Shown: in pieces, positions 1-14,970 of the stretch | Numbering within the stretch: the first letter of the stretch is position 1 | Layout: every line of letters starts with the position of its first letter | DNA from: Sphagnum compactum | Lineage: Eukaryota | Direction: 5' to 3' | DNA: 64,000 nucleotides | Assembly: GCA_965153455.1 (NCBI GenBank) | Contig: OZ234493.1 | Coordinates: 1,860,001 to 1,924,000 of the forward strand | Notes under the pieces: model-generated | Database searches by the model: none | Seen by the model: only the letters and a program-made list of their open reading frames with translations | Told to the model about the DNA's origin: nothing | Made by a program: the position numbers and the translations under genes

Positions 1-2616
1 TATTTGTCTTTAGTGAAATACCAACCCGTTTGTGCCTTCTGTTTGAATTGGTAAGGAGGGAAGGTCTAACTTCTTTCCAACAAAACAACAAAATTAATTA
101 TATGTAAGAAATGCTTGTTGCTTGTGCTTTAACCGTGCTGTCCAGATATCCAGATAAATCTCGATATCAAAAGGCATAATTTCCGGATATGGATAAAACC
201 ATATCTGGTTATTAAGGTTGTCAAAATTCCCAATATGCATATGCTTTAGTGTTTAAGAACTTAGAATCCTCATGTGACTCCCTCCTTTTGCATGGCAGCA
301 TATATTGAGTATCAACACTTTTCCAAGCTCCTTGAGCTTTTATCGTTGAATTTTGCTCTCACATTTTTTTGAGCTTCTTGTTTAGTGCTCTTTTTGTTTT
401 GTGTTTGAGCTTCAACTCTTGGATTCAAGCTCATGTTGTCTTTGTTCTGGGAGGCTAGGTTGTAAAAAATTCCAGAAACAACAAGAATTGGAAATTGATA
501 TGCATAACCTTTAGGCATATCTGTTTTTTGTTTCAAAAAATAAAAAATTGAATTATTCAAAGGAAGAAAAATAAAATTGAATGTGTAATTACTAGTAACT
601 GGCTGCTGTAGAAAATTGCATATTTTTTTATTCATATCATTCCTTGTAATATATATATCCTTTATTGGTATCCATAGGTTAGGTTTAAAAGCTGATAACT
701 GGACAACACTAGTCTTAACCATTACATTGTACTACCTTATTCTCCCTGTTGCCTGAGAGTATGCTTCAGAAGAGAAGTTGGTTGGCTAAGTACTTGAGGC
801 CAAAAACATCCCTGAACCCATAGAGCATTGTGGATTAAATATCAATTCGACTAAACAGTTTTCACCCAAATAGGAATCATGCACCAGTGTTTTTGTTTCA
901 ATTTTGTGATGTAGCATGAGTGATGATCATCCATAAGACAATTAAGTCAAAATTGACTGTAAACAAAATATGAAAATAAAAACATGTAATGCATAATTGT
1001 ATACTGTTACCAGAACCTGATGTAGAAGCTGGATTTTTAACAAGAAAGAAGTTGACATGTGGTGATCAAAGGCCCCTCAAAAGCACTAATTTGTCACATG
1101 TGTACAAGCTATATTATTATTGAAAACATATCTTTAAAAACGGCTCTAGCTGTCCTCAATGAGTTGCAGGTTCCAAATGAACATTTGGGTGATCTTTGTG
1201 ACATGTGGAGCTTGCTTTGGAAACATATGTGGCTATAGGACATGATTGCCATAATAGTACCCTTCAGCCTCCATATAGGATCGACACATTTTTCAGCCAG
1301 TCTTTACTCTTGGAAATTTTTCTTTTCTTTGCAGATAGCGAAACTTTGGGTTCATTGCATTTCAATGAACTTAAGGCTAGTAGCCCATGCTTCTATTAAT
1401 TGTATTATCTGAATCTATTGAGGTTGCCTTGCAAGTAGTAGTTTGTGTAATTACCCACTACTCACGCTAGATGTTGTAGATTATAGCCAACCATTCTATA
1501 AAGGTAATCACCAAAAGGCACATCAATCCATAAAATATACTTTCAATAGAAGGGCAATTAAATTACATATGTTTCAATGCTTTCAAAATGGTCACATCTC
1601 AAAATGAGGAAATAGCCCTATATGGTGAAAAGTCATTCAATTACACCTAATTCAACATAAATGTTCTCGTTGTTTGTATTAATGGTCAATCGTTGACCAT
1701 CAACTAAACAATGAAATAGATTAGATTAAGAAAGAGTGAAACACAAAATTCAAACCACATTAACCCTCAATAAAGAGAGCTAAATTATCTAGATAAAAAA
1801 ATGCTAACAAGATAAAGAAAAATATAGAATAGCTAAGTTGTGAAAAGCGGCATTGAGTGCCCACGACAAGGGAGCTATAATCAACCACTGAGACTATAAA
1901 AATCCTGAGTTCGTCGGAGTAAAGTATATTAGATATGCAACATGTGTTGACAATAAAAGATCATTTTTCTCATTAAAAGTATAAGTTATTTTTTAACATG
2001 AATCACCAATTAATTTCACATACTATCGAAAGTGAGAAGGTGATCTTTAATTGAAAGTACATGTGCAAGAGAGAATATAGTTGTGAACTTGATAGCTTTT
2101 ACTGAATGAATTGGAATACAGCAAACACTTCAATATATCCTTTTTGAATTGGTATCTCTCTTTGTCCTTGCAATAGGTTATTATGTTGCCAACAATAAGG
2201 TTTACATATCTTGTCACTTCATATGTGTCTATACTTAGAATATGATATGTTGTAATATTTACAACATGAGTATTCTAGATCTTTACAATTCTACCTTTTC
2301 ATCTTAACTGTTTTTTTCCCAGATGCCAGACTTCTCATATGTGATTAAATTATTTTTACACATGATTCATAAAAATATGTTTTATTTTCATAGGTTCATA
2401 TAATTGGGTGAAAACACATTAATAAAAACAACAATGTGCCCACCTAGATGATTGTTTTCAAAATAAAAAGATTTGCTTGTTATGATGTGGCAGACTATGA
2501 TTGGTTAAAAAAAAGCTAGCTTAAAAGTCCATGATTTTCCTAATCATCGAAACTGTTCAATGACAAAAGAAAATGTAAAGTGTTAGTGATGGAATTTCAT
2601 TAAACTCAATTACACT

Positions 2617-3207
2617 TAGGGTAAACTGGCTAGTGACCAAACATTTATCCGTTCAAGGCAAGCTGGATCCAAGGAGAGGGCTCCGTTGTTTCTGGTGTCC
2701 AAACAAAACTTGAACCCCTCCTCTTTACGCATCTGACACATTAACATTTGTGCAAAATGAATTAGAAATGAGAAAGTTACAGCCCATCAAAGTACAAGGG
2801 TCAAAAACTCAAAAAAAGCAAACCACCAAACACTACAAAGGCCGATTCCCAAACACCCAAAGAATTCATTGTATGTTGCTATTAAAGTTCAAAGATGATT
2901 TGTAGAACTTCAGGTGATGCTCCTATAGCACTTTAAATCATTTAAAATGAATAAGAAATAAGAAAGTTATGAGATTTAAAAATAGGAGGGGTCAAAATGA
3001 AAAAAAATGAAAAAAACATGTTTTCCAAGTCGAAAAAATGTGTTTTCTTTACTGCTCTTTTTTTACTGGTCCTTTGGCTTTGCATTTGAAAGATGATTTG
3101 TAAAGCCACTCCTACAACATTTTATATCACTCAAAATGGGAATTTAGAAAAATCTGCCAAAGTGTTCGGTCATAGGCAGGTGATCGGTGATGGGCCAGTT
3201 TACCCTA
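2617..3207. mobile_element. MITE / non-autonomous TIR element
   Basis: Perfect inverted termini tagggtaaactggc (2617-2630) and gccagtttacccta (3194-3207). The outer TA could be a TSD. No coding capacity. Confidence 0.7.
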
Positions 3208-6200
3208 CTCAAGAAAATATTGTGCTGTTCAAAATGCTAGTAGATGAAATAATGTTATCTTCCCATAGAAAAAGCATTTCCATGGTACTACTTCATATTT
3301 ATTTGATGATTAATTCCATCAAATATATCAATAAATGCCAATTATGTTCCATCTTCATTCTATTGATCTCTTCAATGAAATGTTATTTTCTCTTTCCTCT
3401 CTCCTCTTCAAGACACATTTATTCCTTGAGAAATCACCTATATACACTAGTACCTTTAGTTCAGGTTGAAAACTACATGTGCATGAGAGAATATATTCAC
3501 AAAGGTAAGTTTTATCGAATGAATTGAGATAGAACAAAGACTTCAATGTACACTTTATGTATTGGAATGTCCCTTCATCCTACCAACAGGTTATTATATA
3601 ATAGTGTAGCCAAAGTGGTGACCATCCAAAGGAAGATTTAGGCAAATCTGGCTACAAACAAGAAATAAAGTATAAATCAAAACATGTTTTTGTTATTGAC
3701 TCTCTTGCTCGGGCACTGTATTACATGGGGGCATATTTACAGGCCCAAACTGAGTTTCATAATATTTGACTGCTATACTTCATCCAAAATGTATCATTCG
3801 GACCGTTTTACTGCCATGGGCTGAGATGCTCTCAGCAAAGCATGAGTTTGTCCCCCCATGCAGTAAATTGGAGTAGCTAGAACACAAATCATGACTTTGT
3901 CAGCTCTCATTGTGTACCCATGTAAGAAGTTTTACTGAATTGTTCAGTTCTGATCTGGGTCTTGGCTCCAGTATGTGTACGACTACATTGTATGTGCACA
4001 ACAGAGCCGTCCCCAGCCCCCAGGACGCCAACTGCTGCTGCTGTACATACAAGGATTCTTCCAATTGGAGGTATGAGGAGGCATCCTCCAGTGCCCACAT
4101 GGGTACCATCTGAGCAACCCTGTGTCATTTCTGAAACTAAACTGCAGCTAAAAACCTCTAGTTGCAGAATCTGATTACTTGATTCCGTAGATTCAATACC
4201 TTGATCCTTCAAATCAATTACTTGCATCCTTCAAAGTTTGTTTTGCTATAAATGTTACCATCATGAGTGCTGCCGTTACCTGATGAACCCATTTCATGGA
4301 GTCTGTCCTACTTGACTTCGTAGACCAGTATTGTCGTACGTTGCCACTGTTGGAAGTTGGCCTCTCAGGTAATGTACTTCTTACAACAACAGATCAGTTA
4401 AACATGGCTATGATTTTGAAAGAATAACATATTATTTTATGTTATGTTATTGTGTATATATATGTGCTTGTCACTTTTAAACAATTTAAACAATACTCCA
4501 CTGACCATATACTTTTTGCACACTTGTGTGAAATTATTATATGCATGTATCTATGAAAAAACTATGCATGCATATCTATTGCACTTGAAAAAGATGTTAA
4601 TTAATTTATAAGCACAAAAGTTTTGGTAGTTCTTTCTTTTCTCTTACTATTCATTTGCCTATCCAAGATGTGTTTGGACTCTTTCTAGTAAAAAACTAGG
4701 GACAAGATAAATTATAACTTTGCCCAATTAGAAGAGATTGCAACATTCAATCACAGGTTTGAAGCTTCTGGCCCATCAAGCTCCATGCACCTCCCAACTC
4801 CTAATAACTTCAGCATCCCACTACACATGGGGTTAGTTTGGAATCTTCCATCTTCGTCTAAACTTGACTCATTGACTAGATTAGACTTGCTCAAACAAGG
4901 CTAGGACTTAATCTAAATGCAAACCCTCCCTAATTTTGCCTCGTTACATTGGAAATCAAAAAACCAAACATCTCTATTTTATTTTGGAAATGGAGGACCT
5001 ATGACATCTAGTTGAGCTTGAAACTCTAGTCATTATTTCGTTTACTATAACCATTGAAAAACAATCAAGTAGTTCAAGTGATTTTGAACAATCAAGTGAT
5101 TATAATTTAGTTGGTTCCATTGCAGTACAAAAATCTTGCCTCAAGATGAAATTTGAAAAGGCAAAAATGAAAAACTTCATTTATTCTTAAGCTTTCAATT
5201 AAAGATCAAGTCATCCCTCATATTCTCTCTGTGAAAAGTATGAAAAAATGTTGGGATATCCTTATTAAGCAATTGTTTGAGGTAAAGAACAATGCAAGAA
5301 AATTGTTTGCCAAAAGTGACTTCTTTGAGGTAAATTTGAAAGAAAGGTCAAAAGTTAGTGATTTCATGAAAACTATAAAAAAGATCTTCAATGAACCAAT
5401 TGAATTTGAAAAGATTTTAGATAACATGGTTGTGGAACAAGTGATTGATGCCCTACCAAGGAGTTATGACATGTCAACTCTAGAGGATTTGTTCAAACAA
5501 ATGCAATTAAAGGAGAATCGTAACCAAAGTCGTGTTCATTCCAATGACAAGGAAGCATTAATAATAAGGTTTTGACACCATATGTTGCTTGAAAATTTTA
5601 CAACAATTATGGCAACAATAATCAAGATAAGAAAGGTAAGTGTAATTGATGAGATAGGAAAGGTCATTGGCCCTTACTTCAACACAACTTTTCCCAATGA
5701 GTTAAGTCAAAGAGTAAATTCTACCATTAAAAGAAGGTGATGGTGAAAAGAATCAAAAAAATCACCATTGAAAATCGAAATGTTGATGCTAAATTTTTTA
5801 TGCCACACTTGCAAGTCTTGTGTTTGAATCAAAAGACAACACGTGGATCCTAAACACTAGGGCATTTAAACATGTTATTAGTAATGCTTATATTTTAGAC
5901 TAAATTAAATCTATACAAATGGAATGTTTGGATGAGGACTTTCCCATGTTGTACATAAAAAATGATGTTTGTCTAAAATTTTCAGATGGTGAAATAAAAT
6001 GCATTTATGATGTTCTTTATGTCTTGAATTTTAAAAGAAATTTTCTTTCAATTGGTAGAATAATAGATGAAGGTATCATCACATTATTCAATTTTGATGT
6101 TTATCTTATAGTCACCAAGAACAAATCCCCAATAGTAGTTGCTAAAGGTTTTAGATACAAGTCCACAAGCCTATACATTTTTTTTCCAAAATCCAAAAAA

Positions 6201-8689
6201 GGATAATTTATTGGAAACTATATCAATGTAACAAAAAAAAGATAGATAATCTTGCTCTAACATCATTCGATAGGTCATCTCAATTTTCAAAGCCTATTTC
6301 ATCTTTCTAACAAAAGGAGTGCTACTAGCATACCTTAACTTCACCTCAACACCTCAATGTGTGAAGGTTGTCAATTAGGGAAACAATTTAGAAAAGTGTT
6401 TCCCAAGCAATCTGAACACTGAGCTTCCTAATGATTTACATTCATTCATATTCATCTTTGCAATCCTCTATAAATTAAATCTTTTTCTAGAGCAAAGTAT
6501 TTTATGACTTTTATCCCATGGATGATTACAATAGAAAATCGTAGGTGTATTTTTTTAAAGGGAGAATGAAACCTTCTTCAAATTCATGAATTTCGAAGCT
6601 CTTGTTGGAAAACAAACAAGTTGTTACATCAAAGTTTTCCACTCAGATCATGGTGGAAAATACCTTTCACAATACTTCAAATAAGTTGTGACAAGTTACA
6701 TGGCATTCAATATCAACTCACCCAACCAAGGACTCCCCAATAGAATGGAGTGGCCAAATGAAATATTGAACTCTAATGGAAATAATGTGATGCATGGTGC
6801 TAAGTAGCAACTCTTCAAAATTCCTTTAAGTAGGAGAACTCAACACTACTAACTACCTAGTGAATTGATCAACAACTAAAACCAATTTTGGAATAATTCT
6901 AGAAAAAAAATTTGCAAGTATCCAACTTGATTGATCAAATTTCAAAATCTTTGGTTGTGATGTGTGTACGTGCATGTCCCAAAAGAAGATAGAAAACAAT
7001 TGGACTCCAAAGCACTCAAATGTGTCTTCTTGCACTACGACACAAAAATCAAAGGATTCAAATGCTACTATCCAAAAATCCATAAGGTCATCCCCAACTA
7101 AGATGTTACATTTGATAAATCAAATTTGTTGAATATCAAATCTCTTCAAGACTTCAAATCTTTTTTTGTCCAAGAATAATGATCATCTTGTGTCAATATT
7201 TGATCCTAATACATGTTTTTTTGCAACACCTACTAAATTGTTCCTATGACGGAAGTTCATGTGATGGATCCAAAAAAGATAGTGGAAGTTTTACAATTTG
7301 TTCAAAAAATGACATTACAAACCAAATAAAGCAATCATTACATGATCAAGCAAATCATCCATCAACTAATCTAACACAACCACAACATCTAGAAGGTTCT
7401 TCTCAAGATCCTCATGCCCAAACACTAGTTGCTCCTATATTAAAACTTTGAAGATCAAATCAACCAAGACAAAGACCACTTTATCTAGAAGATTTTGTAG
7501 GCACAACAAAAACCCATGAACCAATTAACTTTGATGAAAATGTTTAAGATCCAAGGTGAAAAAGTACTATGGAAAAAAAGATGAGCTCCATTGGCAAGAA
7601 CAACACTTAGACATTGGTAGATTGTTTAAAGGAAAAACACGTATTTTAGCCAAGTTGGTTAATAAGGTCAAGGAAGTTCCAAGAGGAGAAGTTTTGTTGC
7701 ATGTAGCTTTGAGCAAAAGGCTAGAATTGACTATGAGGAGATGAACTTTGCTCCAATGGTAAAATAACCAATTATTTGAACTTCGATTGTTTTTGTAGCT
7801 TCCAATGTCTAAAAATTATATCACCTAGATGTAAAGACAATTTTTTTGAACATTGATCTCAATGAAGACATTGTCTTCATATATCAACCCAAAGGTTTCA
7901 CTATGCCAAGAACAAAAGATAAAGTTTATAATTCAACAAAGCTTTATATGACTTGAAATAGGCTCAAAAGGCCTAGTACAAGAAGATAAACTCATACTTG
8001 AAAGATCAAGGATTATGTAAAAGTAATGTTGATTATATTAATCTTTATAATCTAAAGGAAGAGAATAAGATTTGATCTTAGTATTCTATGTAAATAATTT
8101 GTTAGTAACTGACAACCATGTTCAAAAAATAAATTGGATCAAAAAGTAATTTTGTAAAGAAATCTAATACGTCAAGTTTAGGAAAAATGAAATGTTATTT
8201 TTGCATAGAGTTTGTGCATTTAGAAGAAATTATCTTTATGACTTAATGAGGTTATTTCACAAAGATCCTAATAGAATCTAGCATGGATGAGTGTAATATG
8301 TGTTTAGTCCCCACACATGATAATGTCAAACTTCTAGTAGATATGGATTCAAAGGAAATAAATCCTACCATAAGAGGATTGTTGGGAAACTAATTCACCT
8401 AATTGTAACTAAAAGTCTAAACCTAACATTTCATATTTTGTTGGAGTTGTAAATCGATTCATGAATCAAACCAAAACACCTCACTTGGCTACTATCATAA
8501 AAATATTAATATACTTACAAAAAATCATCAAATTTTGCATTCATTTCAAGAAAGGAATACGTAGTGAAATAACTAACTTCATAGATGTCAATTGGGTATG
8601 TGACCCCAAAAGCTAATAATCAACCTTCAGATATGTGTTTCAATTTAAAGTATGTCCCATTATGTGAAGTTCAAAGTGACAACCAACTT

Positions 8690-10070
8690 GGGGTTTCACG
8701 TTGTATTACTTTCTAAGGATGTGCATGTTTGAATGTATCCCACTTCAAACTTTTGAAAGATTTTTGTAGTGTTTTTACAAACAATATTAAATAACATGGG
8801 CAAGATATTAGAAAAAAATCTATTGTCATTTCAGTTTATAAAATGGGAGATTGGAATATATTTGTGGAAAAAAATGTTATGTACATGTGTGCTCAAAAAT
8901 ACAAATATACTCCAAAAATGTTTTTACTGATTTTTAATCCTTATGAAAGTTGAAAATATATTGAACCATGTCATTTCACATAATTTGAACCATGTTTGGA
9001 TACCATGTGATTAATTTGAAAATTTTCATTTCAAAAGATGAGTTTTTGTAGCAAAGATGTGATAGGGTAAAAACATGATCAATTAAACATCCATGATCCT
9101 TGTCTGCATAAATGGAAAATAGTTATAAAATACACCTTCACATACTAAATTTTAAAATATTATTTATTCCATTGATCAATATGGGAATGTTCTTTGCTTT
9201 TATACCAATGATATTAAAAAATTACATGTTTAATGTCCATTTCAGTAAATTTTTCAAAACTGCAAGTAGATTTTTTTCTATTTTTCCAGACATTTGTTTC
9301 ATAGAAAGTAGGTTTAAAATAGGAAAAATATTGGATTTTTTTACTTTCTTGGATATTGTTGGACTAAAATGTACTTATGTGGTTTCAACTTTTATTTTAA
9401 AGGTAATAGTATATCAAGCTTTCAAATGTAAAAATAATTTTGAACACATTTTGGCTAGTATATTTCAAAAATGCTTTTCACCTACTTTTATTATACAAAA
9501 GTCTTTCAAACTTTGTATACAACAAATTATAAACCCACTGTTTGAATAGCATGATGGTTTGATAATGATTGAAAACATTTTGATTATACTTTCTTACATT
9601 TATGTGCAAAAATATGATTGTATGAATGATAACTATTTTTTGTGTTTAATTGATTGTGCTTTCACTCGATATATGTGTGATAAATTGAAGTTTTGATAGG
9701 TAATCACATTCACATGGAAAATGACAAGCATAACCAAATGGACCATTTAAAATTTCACTAACACTGACTATTTTAATGATTAATGAAGCCTTAAAATTAG
9801 TGTGGTCAAAATGAGATAATGGCCCTATTATACCAATGTATATTGTAATATATTCATGGATCTTTTAAGATAGATAATGAAATTTATTATTGTTTTAAAA
9901 ATAATATTACATAACTTTAGTTTTGTAGAAATGATAATTGTAAGGCGCAAAAAACCAAAATTGATACCCAAAATTAAACGCACCATACTTTTGAAACAAT
10001 TATATTCTATGTAATATAGTACTAAACCCAAAAGTGCCCAAAAGGGAGTCACTGTAATGTGCTTTCACCC
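8690..10070. mobile_element. Non-coding insertion splitting the Copia RNase H
   Basis: Copia RNase H homology stops at ~8690 and resumes at ~10075 (KEATWL). The intervening DNA is AT-rich and no clean TIR was found. Confidence 0.5.
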
Positions 10071-10239
10071 TCAAGGTGCAAAAGAAGCCACATGGCTTAA
10101 GGCATTATCAACTGAATCAAGTGATGAACCAATTCAAATATGGCAAGACAACATTTACACGTTCAAGATTAATGGAAAATCGAATCTTTCATGCAAGGAC
10201 CAAACACATAAAGATTCATTATCACTTTATTAAATAATA

Positions 10240-10715
10240 TGGGTGCATTATCTCTTTTAGGGGCCACTTTTGGTATAATCACTACTTAGGTTTGAAAGTT
10301 TTATGCCTTCAAAATGAATGCATTGTTAAAATCTTGTAAATTATTTGCATGAAGATCTTCATTATGTATTATGCTATTAAAATCCAATGTAAGAAATACT
10401 TATAAAAAATAAAGAGATGCGAAAACACAACAATGTGTTTGTAATTAGTTCTTTCGCTACTTAATGAACTCCTAAAAAATCTTGAAATTTCTATTTATTA
10501 CACATTTATTGGATTTTTTTTAATAAAAATTTCACATAATAGTACAATGTAATAAGCTTTTGGGTCATAGGAATCAAAATCACTTTTTTCATGACTTGTA
10601 AATCATGATTCTTAAAATATTTATATTGTGCCACATTAATTTGATTACCTCATCCACTTCTTATAAAGATTTTTTAAAACAGATGTTTAGTGCTCTTAAT
10701 AAAAGAATGCACCCA
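10240..10715. mobile_element. MITE inserted in Copia RNase H
   Basis: TIR tgggtgcatt / aatgcaccca. It separates ...HYHFIK from QVLKKE... of the RNase H frame. Confidence 0.7.
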
Positions 10716-12702
10716 ACAAGTTTTGAAAAAAGAAACTAGTTCATCTCACATTCTATTAAATGAATAGATAGTAGATATCTTGACCAAATTTCACAAAAAA
10801 ATGAAATTTCAAGACTTCAAAAATAAGATAGGAGCTACATATATTACAAACCACGTTAAGATTAAAAAGAAAACTTGGATAAACAATTCAAAGTGTCATG
10901 ACTATAATACGTGCAAGGTTTGAAATAAGGTGTTCACTGTTCACACCCATGAATGGTTTCCAACATGCTTTATGGAATTTGGGGTGAGTAGTGGTCACTA
11001 CTTTTTTCACAAGTTTTTTTCCCTAAGTCCTTAATGCTAAAGCTCTTTAAGGAACACTTACCACCAAACAGGCCATAGTCGCAAAAAGTTGGAGACAAAA
11101 AAATTCGTAAAAACAATAAAGTCTTGACAAAAAATATCTATATATTTTTAATTAACATTTTACATAATGCAAAGTGATCATTGTTGGTTAGATAAGTTGA
11201 ACATAAAATTAGGTGTTAATTTATCCATTGCAACTAATATTACATATTTTCTCTTTAAATTTGTACTTTTGCTTTCCATATTGTATTGAAGTTTTTCGTA
11301 AAGTCAAGAAAACACAACATTAGAACCTTGAGTTTGGTCCAAAACCAGGTGAGATTTTTTTTTAAAACTACAAAAAAGTACATTAACCTTCAATATGTGG
11401 TGAAATTTAGAGTTGCATCATTTTTTGTGCCAAATTGAATTTCATCATGTTTTGACCGTCACTTTCCTTTTTCTTGAACACCTCCCCTATTGATACATAT
11501 ATTTTCATTATTCCAACATGTACAATTATTATACATTGTGCATTAAATATTGAGTTTTAGCATTTCATACCCAAATTTAATAAAACTTCATTAGTTTGCA
11601 AAGAGGGGATAGGGGGTGAAAAGAGGCCCAAAGACAAAGTTGAAGATAAGATGACTTTAAGAAAAACTCTATTATGTTCATTTAGTCTCATTAAGCTAAC
11701 ACCATATCCATCTCTTTGTAAATTTCCAATGTCCCCTTTGTTTATGGAATTCATGCCCATTTGCCAATTTCCCCAACATAAACCTTTTAGAAATTCTTGC
11801 CAATGTCTTTATATGTAACTATTAAACAAACTCCACTTTATTATAGAATTTTGGCCATAATCCCATAAACCAAATAAAGTAAATTTTTTTTTCAAACCCT
11901 TTACTTGATTTTGTGACAAAATCAAACATATTCCCAACCCATCCCAAATGTTGATATCATTTTTTCTTAAATTGATAACTAAATCTTCATTCCATTCTAA
12001 ATTCCTTTGGATTTTTCATCACCTACCACCACATTGATCCTATCTTTATTTATGCACATGTTTAAATTTTCATAGGAACCATGGTCACAACATAAGGTTT
12101 TCCATGGCTACTTGATTATACCCAAACACATTATATTGCTTTGAGGACATACCCCTTGCTTACAATCTTTCCATATTAGCATACCAAACAAAATTACTTA
12201 GCTTTAATTTCCATGCCAAATGCCTATTTCACCATTTTATGTCATTTAAATCTTTTTCCACACTCTCACTATTCATCATCACCAAACTCCCAGTTCATCA
12301 CTCGCCATAAGTTGAACATCCAACATTAAGAAAAAAATTAACAAGAATAAAAATTCAAAATCACAACACACATCAGCAAATGAAAACAAACCAAGTGCCC
12401 ACAATGGCTTCAATGCACTATTCACCATCGCCAATAGTCATTTGCAACATATAAAGCATATCAAACAAACCTAGTTATTTTAAAGAAATAACACTAGGTT
12501 ATGTTGTAATTTTGCAATTAATAATTTTCACACCATCATGAACATGAAACAACTAATGAAAAATTAGAGCACCTTTCCACACTGCTCCTCCAACCTTTTC
12601 CTTTTAAAATTTTCAGTAAAATCTTTAGGTCACATTTGGAGGTGTCCAAAACATTTTGATGCTACGTATTACACATTTTGAGTCCACTTGAAATGTGAAT
12701 AA

Positions 12703-12909
12703 AGGTGTTACACTTGGTGTTAAGGATTCTAATATTAAGTTCCCTAACACTAAGCTAATCATTTTTAGGACCTAAACCTATTTACCATGAAGATTTTATG
12801 CTTACAATCACTTAATATTAAACAATCACTCATTTAACATTGGTTACCACTTAAGATGCCACCTAGATTTTCGCTTAATATTGACTTAACATTAGGTGTG
12901 AATGCACCT
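12703..12909. mobile_element. PIF/Harbinger-type MITE (~210 bp), copy 1
   Basis: TAA-AGGTG...CACCT-TAA. Internal sequence is similar to the copy at 35369-35589 (gatgccacctagattt shared). Confidence 0.65.
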
Positions 12910-14970
12910 TAAGTGCTCAAGTGTGAAATGGAGATTATAGGCCCAAAACATATGTAACATGTGACCCAAAATGTGTGATAGATAACCAAAATGTGTTTCG
13001 ATTTCATCCATCTTTTTTGAAAAAAAGATGAATTGGGTTAAAGGCAAACAATGCAAAAAGAAAATAGGCAATATTTTTATATTGCCTACAATAAGGACAT
13101 GTAGCTTCTCTAATGTCTTTCCAACACCTATCAATTTGGTGCATCAATGGAGTTGCAAGCTTGATACTTCACAATGTATATGAGTTCAAAACTTGGGCAT
13201 ATTAAATGTCTGAATTTGCGCCCACCTAAGCCCATACCTTTGGTGGTTAATGCTTGTCTATACATAGGTCTTGGAATGCATGGGATTTTTTCTACTACTC
13301 CTTTTAGCCATTGTTTTTCTTTTCCAAGGTTTTAGGTTTTTTTTATGTTTTTCAATTATTTCTCCTTGAGGATTGGGATTAATGACAAAAGTTCCAATCG
13401 AACAAAAAAAATGGGTTTAACGTATGTAATTTAATATTATATTTTTATGTAACTAATATTCAAATTGGTGTTATGAAGAAGCAAAGTAACTTTTTGATTA
13501 ATTTGGTGGCAAGAATTTGCTTTCAAGAATAAAATCACATTGATTTGCATATGCCCAAACACAATATTCAAACTAATTAATATTCTCAAATACACAACAA
13601 TGTACTAAATGTGCATTGGAAATGACATGAGGTTCCAAGGTCAATTGAAAACATGTTATATGGACAGGAAATTTGATCCAAGATAGAAATTGCTATCAAA
13701 TAATATGAAAAATTCCTTTGTGATCACTTGAGTCATTATCAAAAAATGTTTCAATTTTTTTCCTTTCTTTATTTCTGATGAACTCCAAGTTCCAATTCAA
13801 GTCTCTTTTTTGTTTGGTGTTTGATTGCCTGGGATTTCATTAATGGGCCTCTCTTATGTGGGGCTACAATTTTAAAAGTGTTGTGGTTCTTGAAAACAAT
13901 TCTCCTAATTCATTTCAAATGGGTGTTTTTTTGGATTTTTTTTCACATTTAATGTTTATGTGTGGGTTATGGTTGTTTTATTTCCTATTCTATGTCAATC
14001 ATGTCTATGTAGGTTACAATTGCATGTGAAAGCTTATTTTAAATTAAACGTTTTTTACAATCACTTATTGTCTATTGTTTAATTCATTTTATTTACAATT
14101 ACATGTTTATTTATGTATGTTATGGTTGGTTATTAAAAATGGATTTTTACACTATATTTGTAACAATATCGTTCTTTCAATGGTAACACATTTATTTTTT
14201 ATGATTTTCTTCTTGTGAAGTATAATACGTATTTTTATGAATTTTAATTCTAATGTGACGATAGGGTGCATTTGCATTAGACCAAATTTGATGTGTTCAA
14301 ACTAATGTGATGCTTCATACCTTGGATTGTTGTATGCTTACAATAGAATGATGTCATGTTAAATCGACAAAAATATTTAAATATAGATTGGATAATTTAT
14401 AAATGTCCTTTTGAGTCCTTTTAAATAACTATATTTGTTGTCCTAATTGAAGTTTTTTTTAAAAGAGCAATCCAAAGGAATGCATTAAGTTATGCAATTG
14501 ATTCAAAAGAAACTTATGGATAAACAGTGTTTACATTTATGTTTTAAAAGAATTCATTGGATGTATTTGATTAAATTTTGAAAAAAAACAAATATTTTGA
14601 ATGCTACAAAATTCATTATATGGGGCTACAAGGAAATGATTTTTATTTTTTTGTTATTTGGTTGATTGTTTGTGTTCATTGAGCTTCGAATTTTTGGCTT
14701 AAATGCAAGTCACATATACCAAAAAAATCATGCAATAAACATATATCAATTTTTAAATAAAAATTTATTTAATCAAATTTCACATTTCTAGTTTTGAACC
14801 ATAATATTGATGCACAACAATACACACGTGTGAAAAATCAACACCACCATACTAATTATTTTAAATTGGACTATTTGATTTTTCTCATTTAAATTTGCCA
14901 CATGTAAATTTTATTTTGGTGGATAAGTAAAATTATATGGTAATAAATAAATTATATGTTTTTTCCTTTT

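Larger units (their letters stand above)
5130..10920 (+). mobile_element. Degenerate Ty1/Copia retrotransposon internal region (gag-PR-IN-RT-RH), interrupted by two insertions
   Basis: Motifs in Copia order, with stops and frameshifts: gag-like ORF 5231-5575; protease WILNTRAFKHV (~5845); GHLNFQSL and CEGCQLGKQ (~6275-6385); integrase SDHGGKY and TPQ*NGVA (~6645-6755); RT HLDVKT, KALYDLK and LYVNN (decayed YVDD, ~8085); RNase H KEATWL, RTKHIKIHYHFIK and IVDILTK (10080-10790). LTRs not resolved. Confidence 0.85.

Noticed and set aside
312-722. 136-aa ORF as a host gene
   Set aside because: No recognisable domain, non-ATG start, AT-rich and no supporting exon structure.
9112-9549. 145-aa hydrophobic ORF
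   Set aside because: F/I/K-rich chance ORF in an AT-rich insertion.
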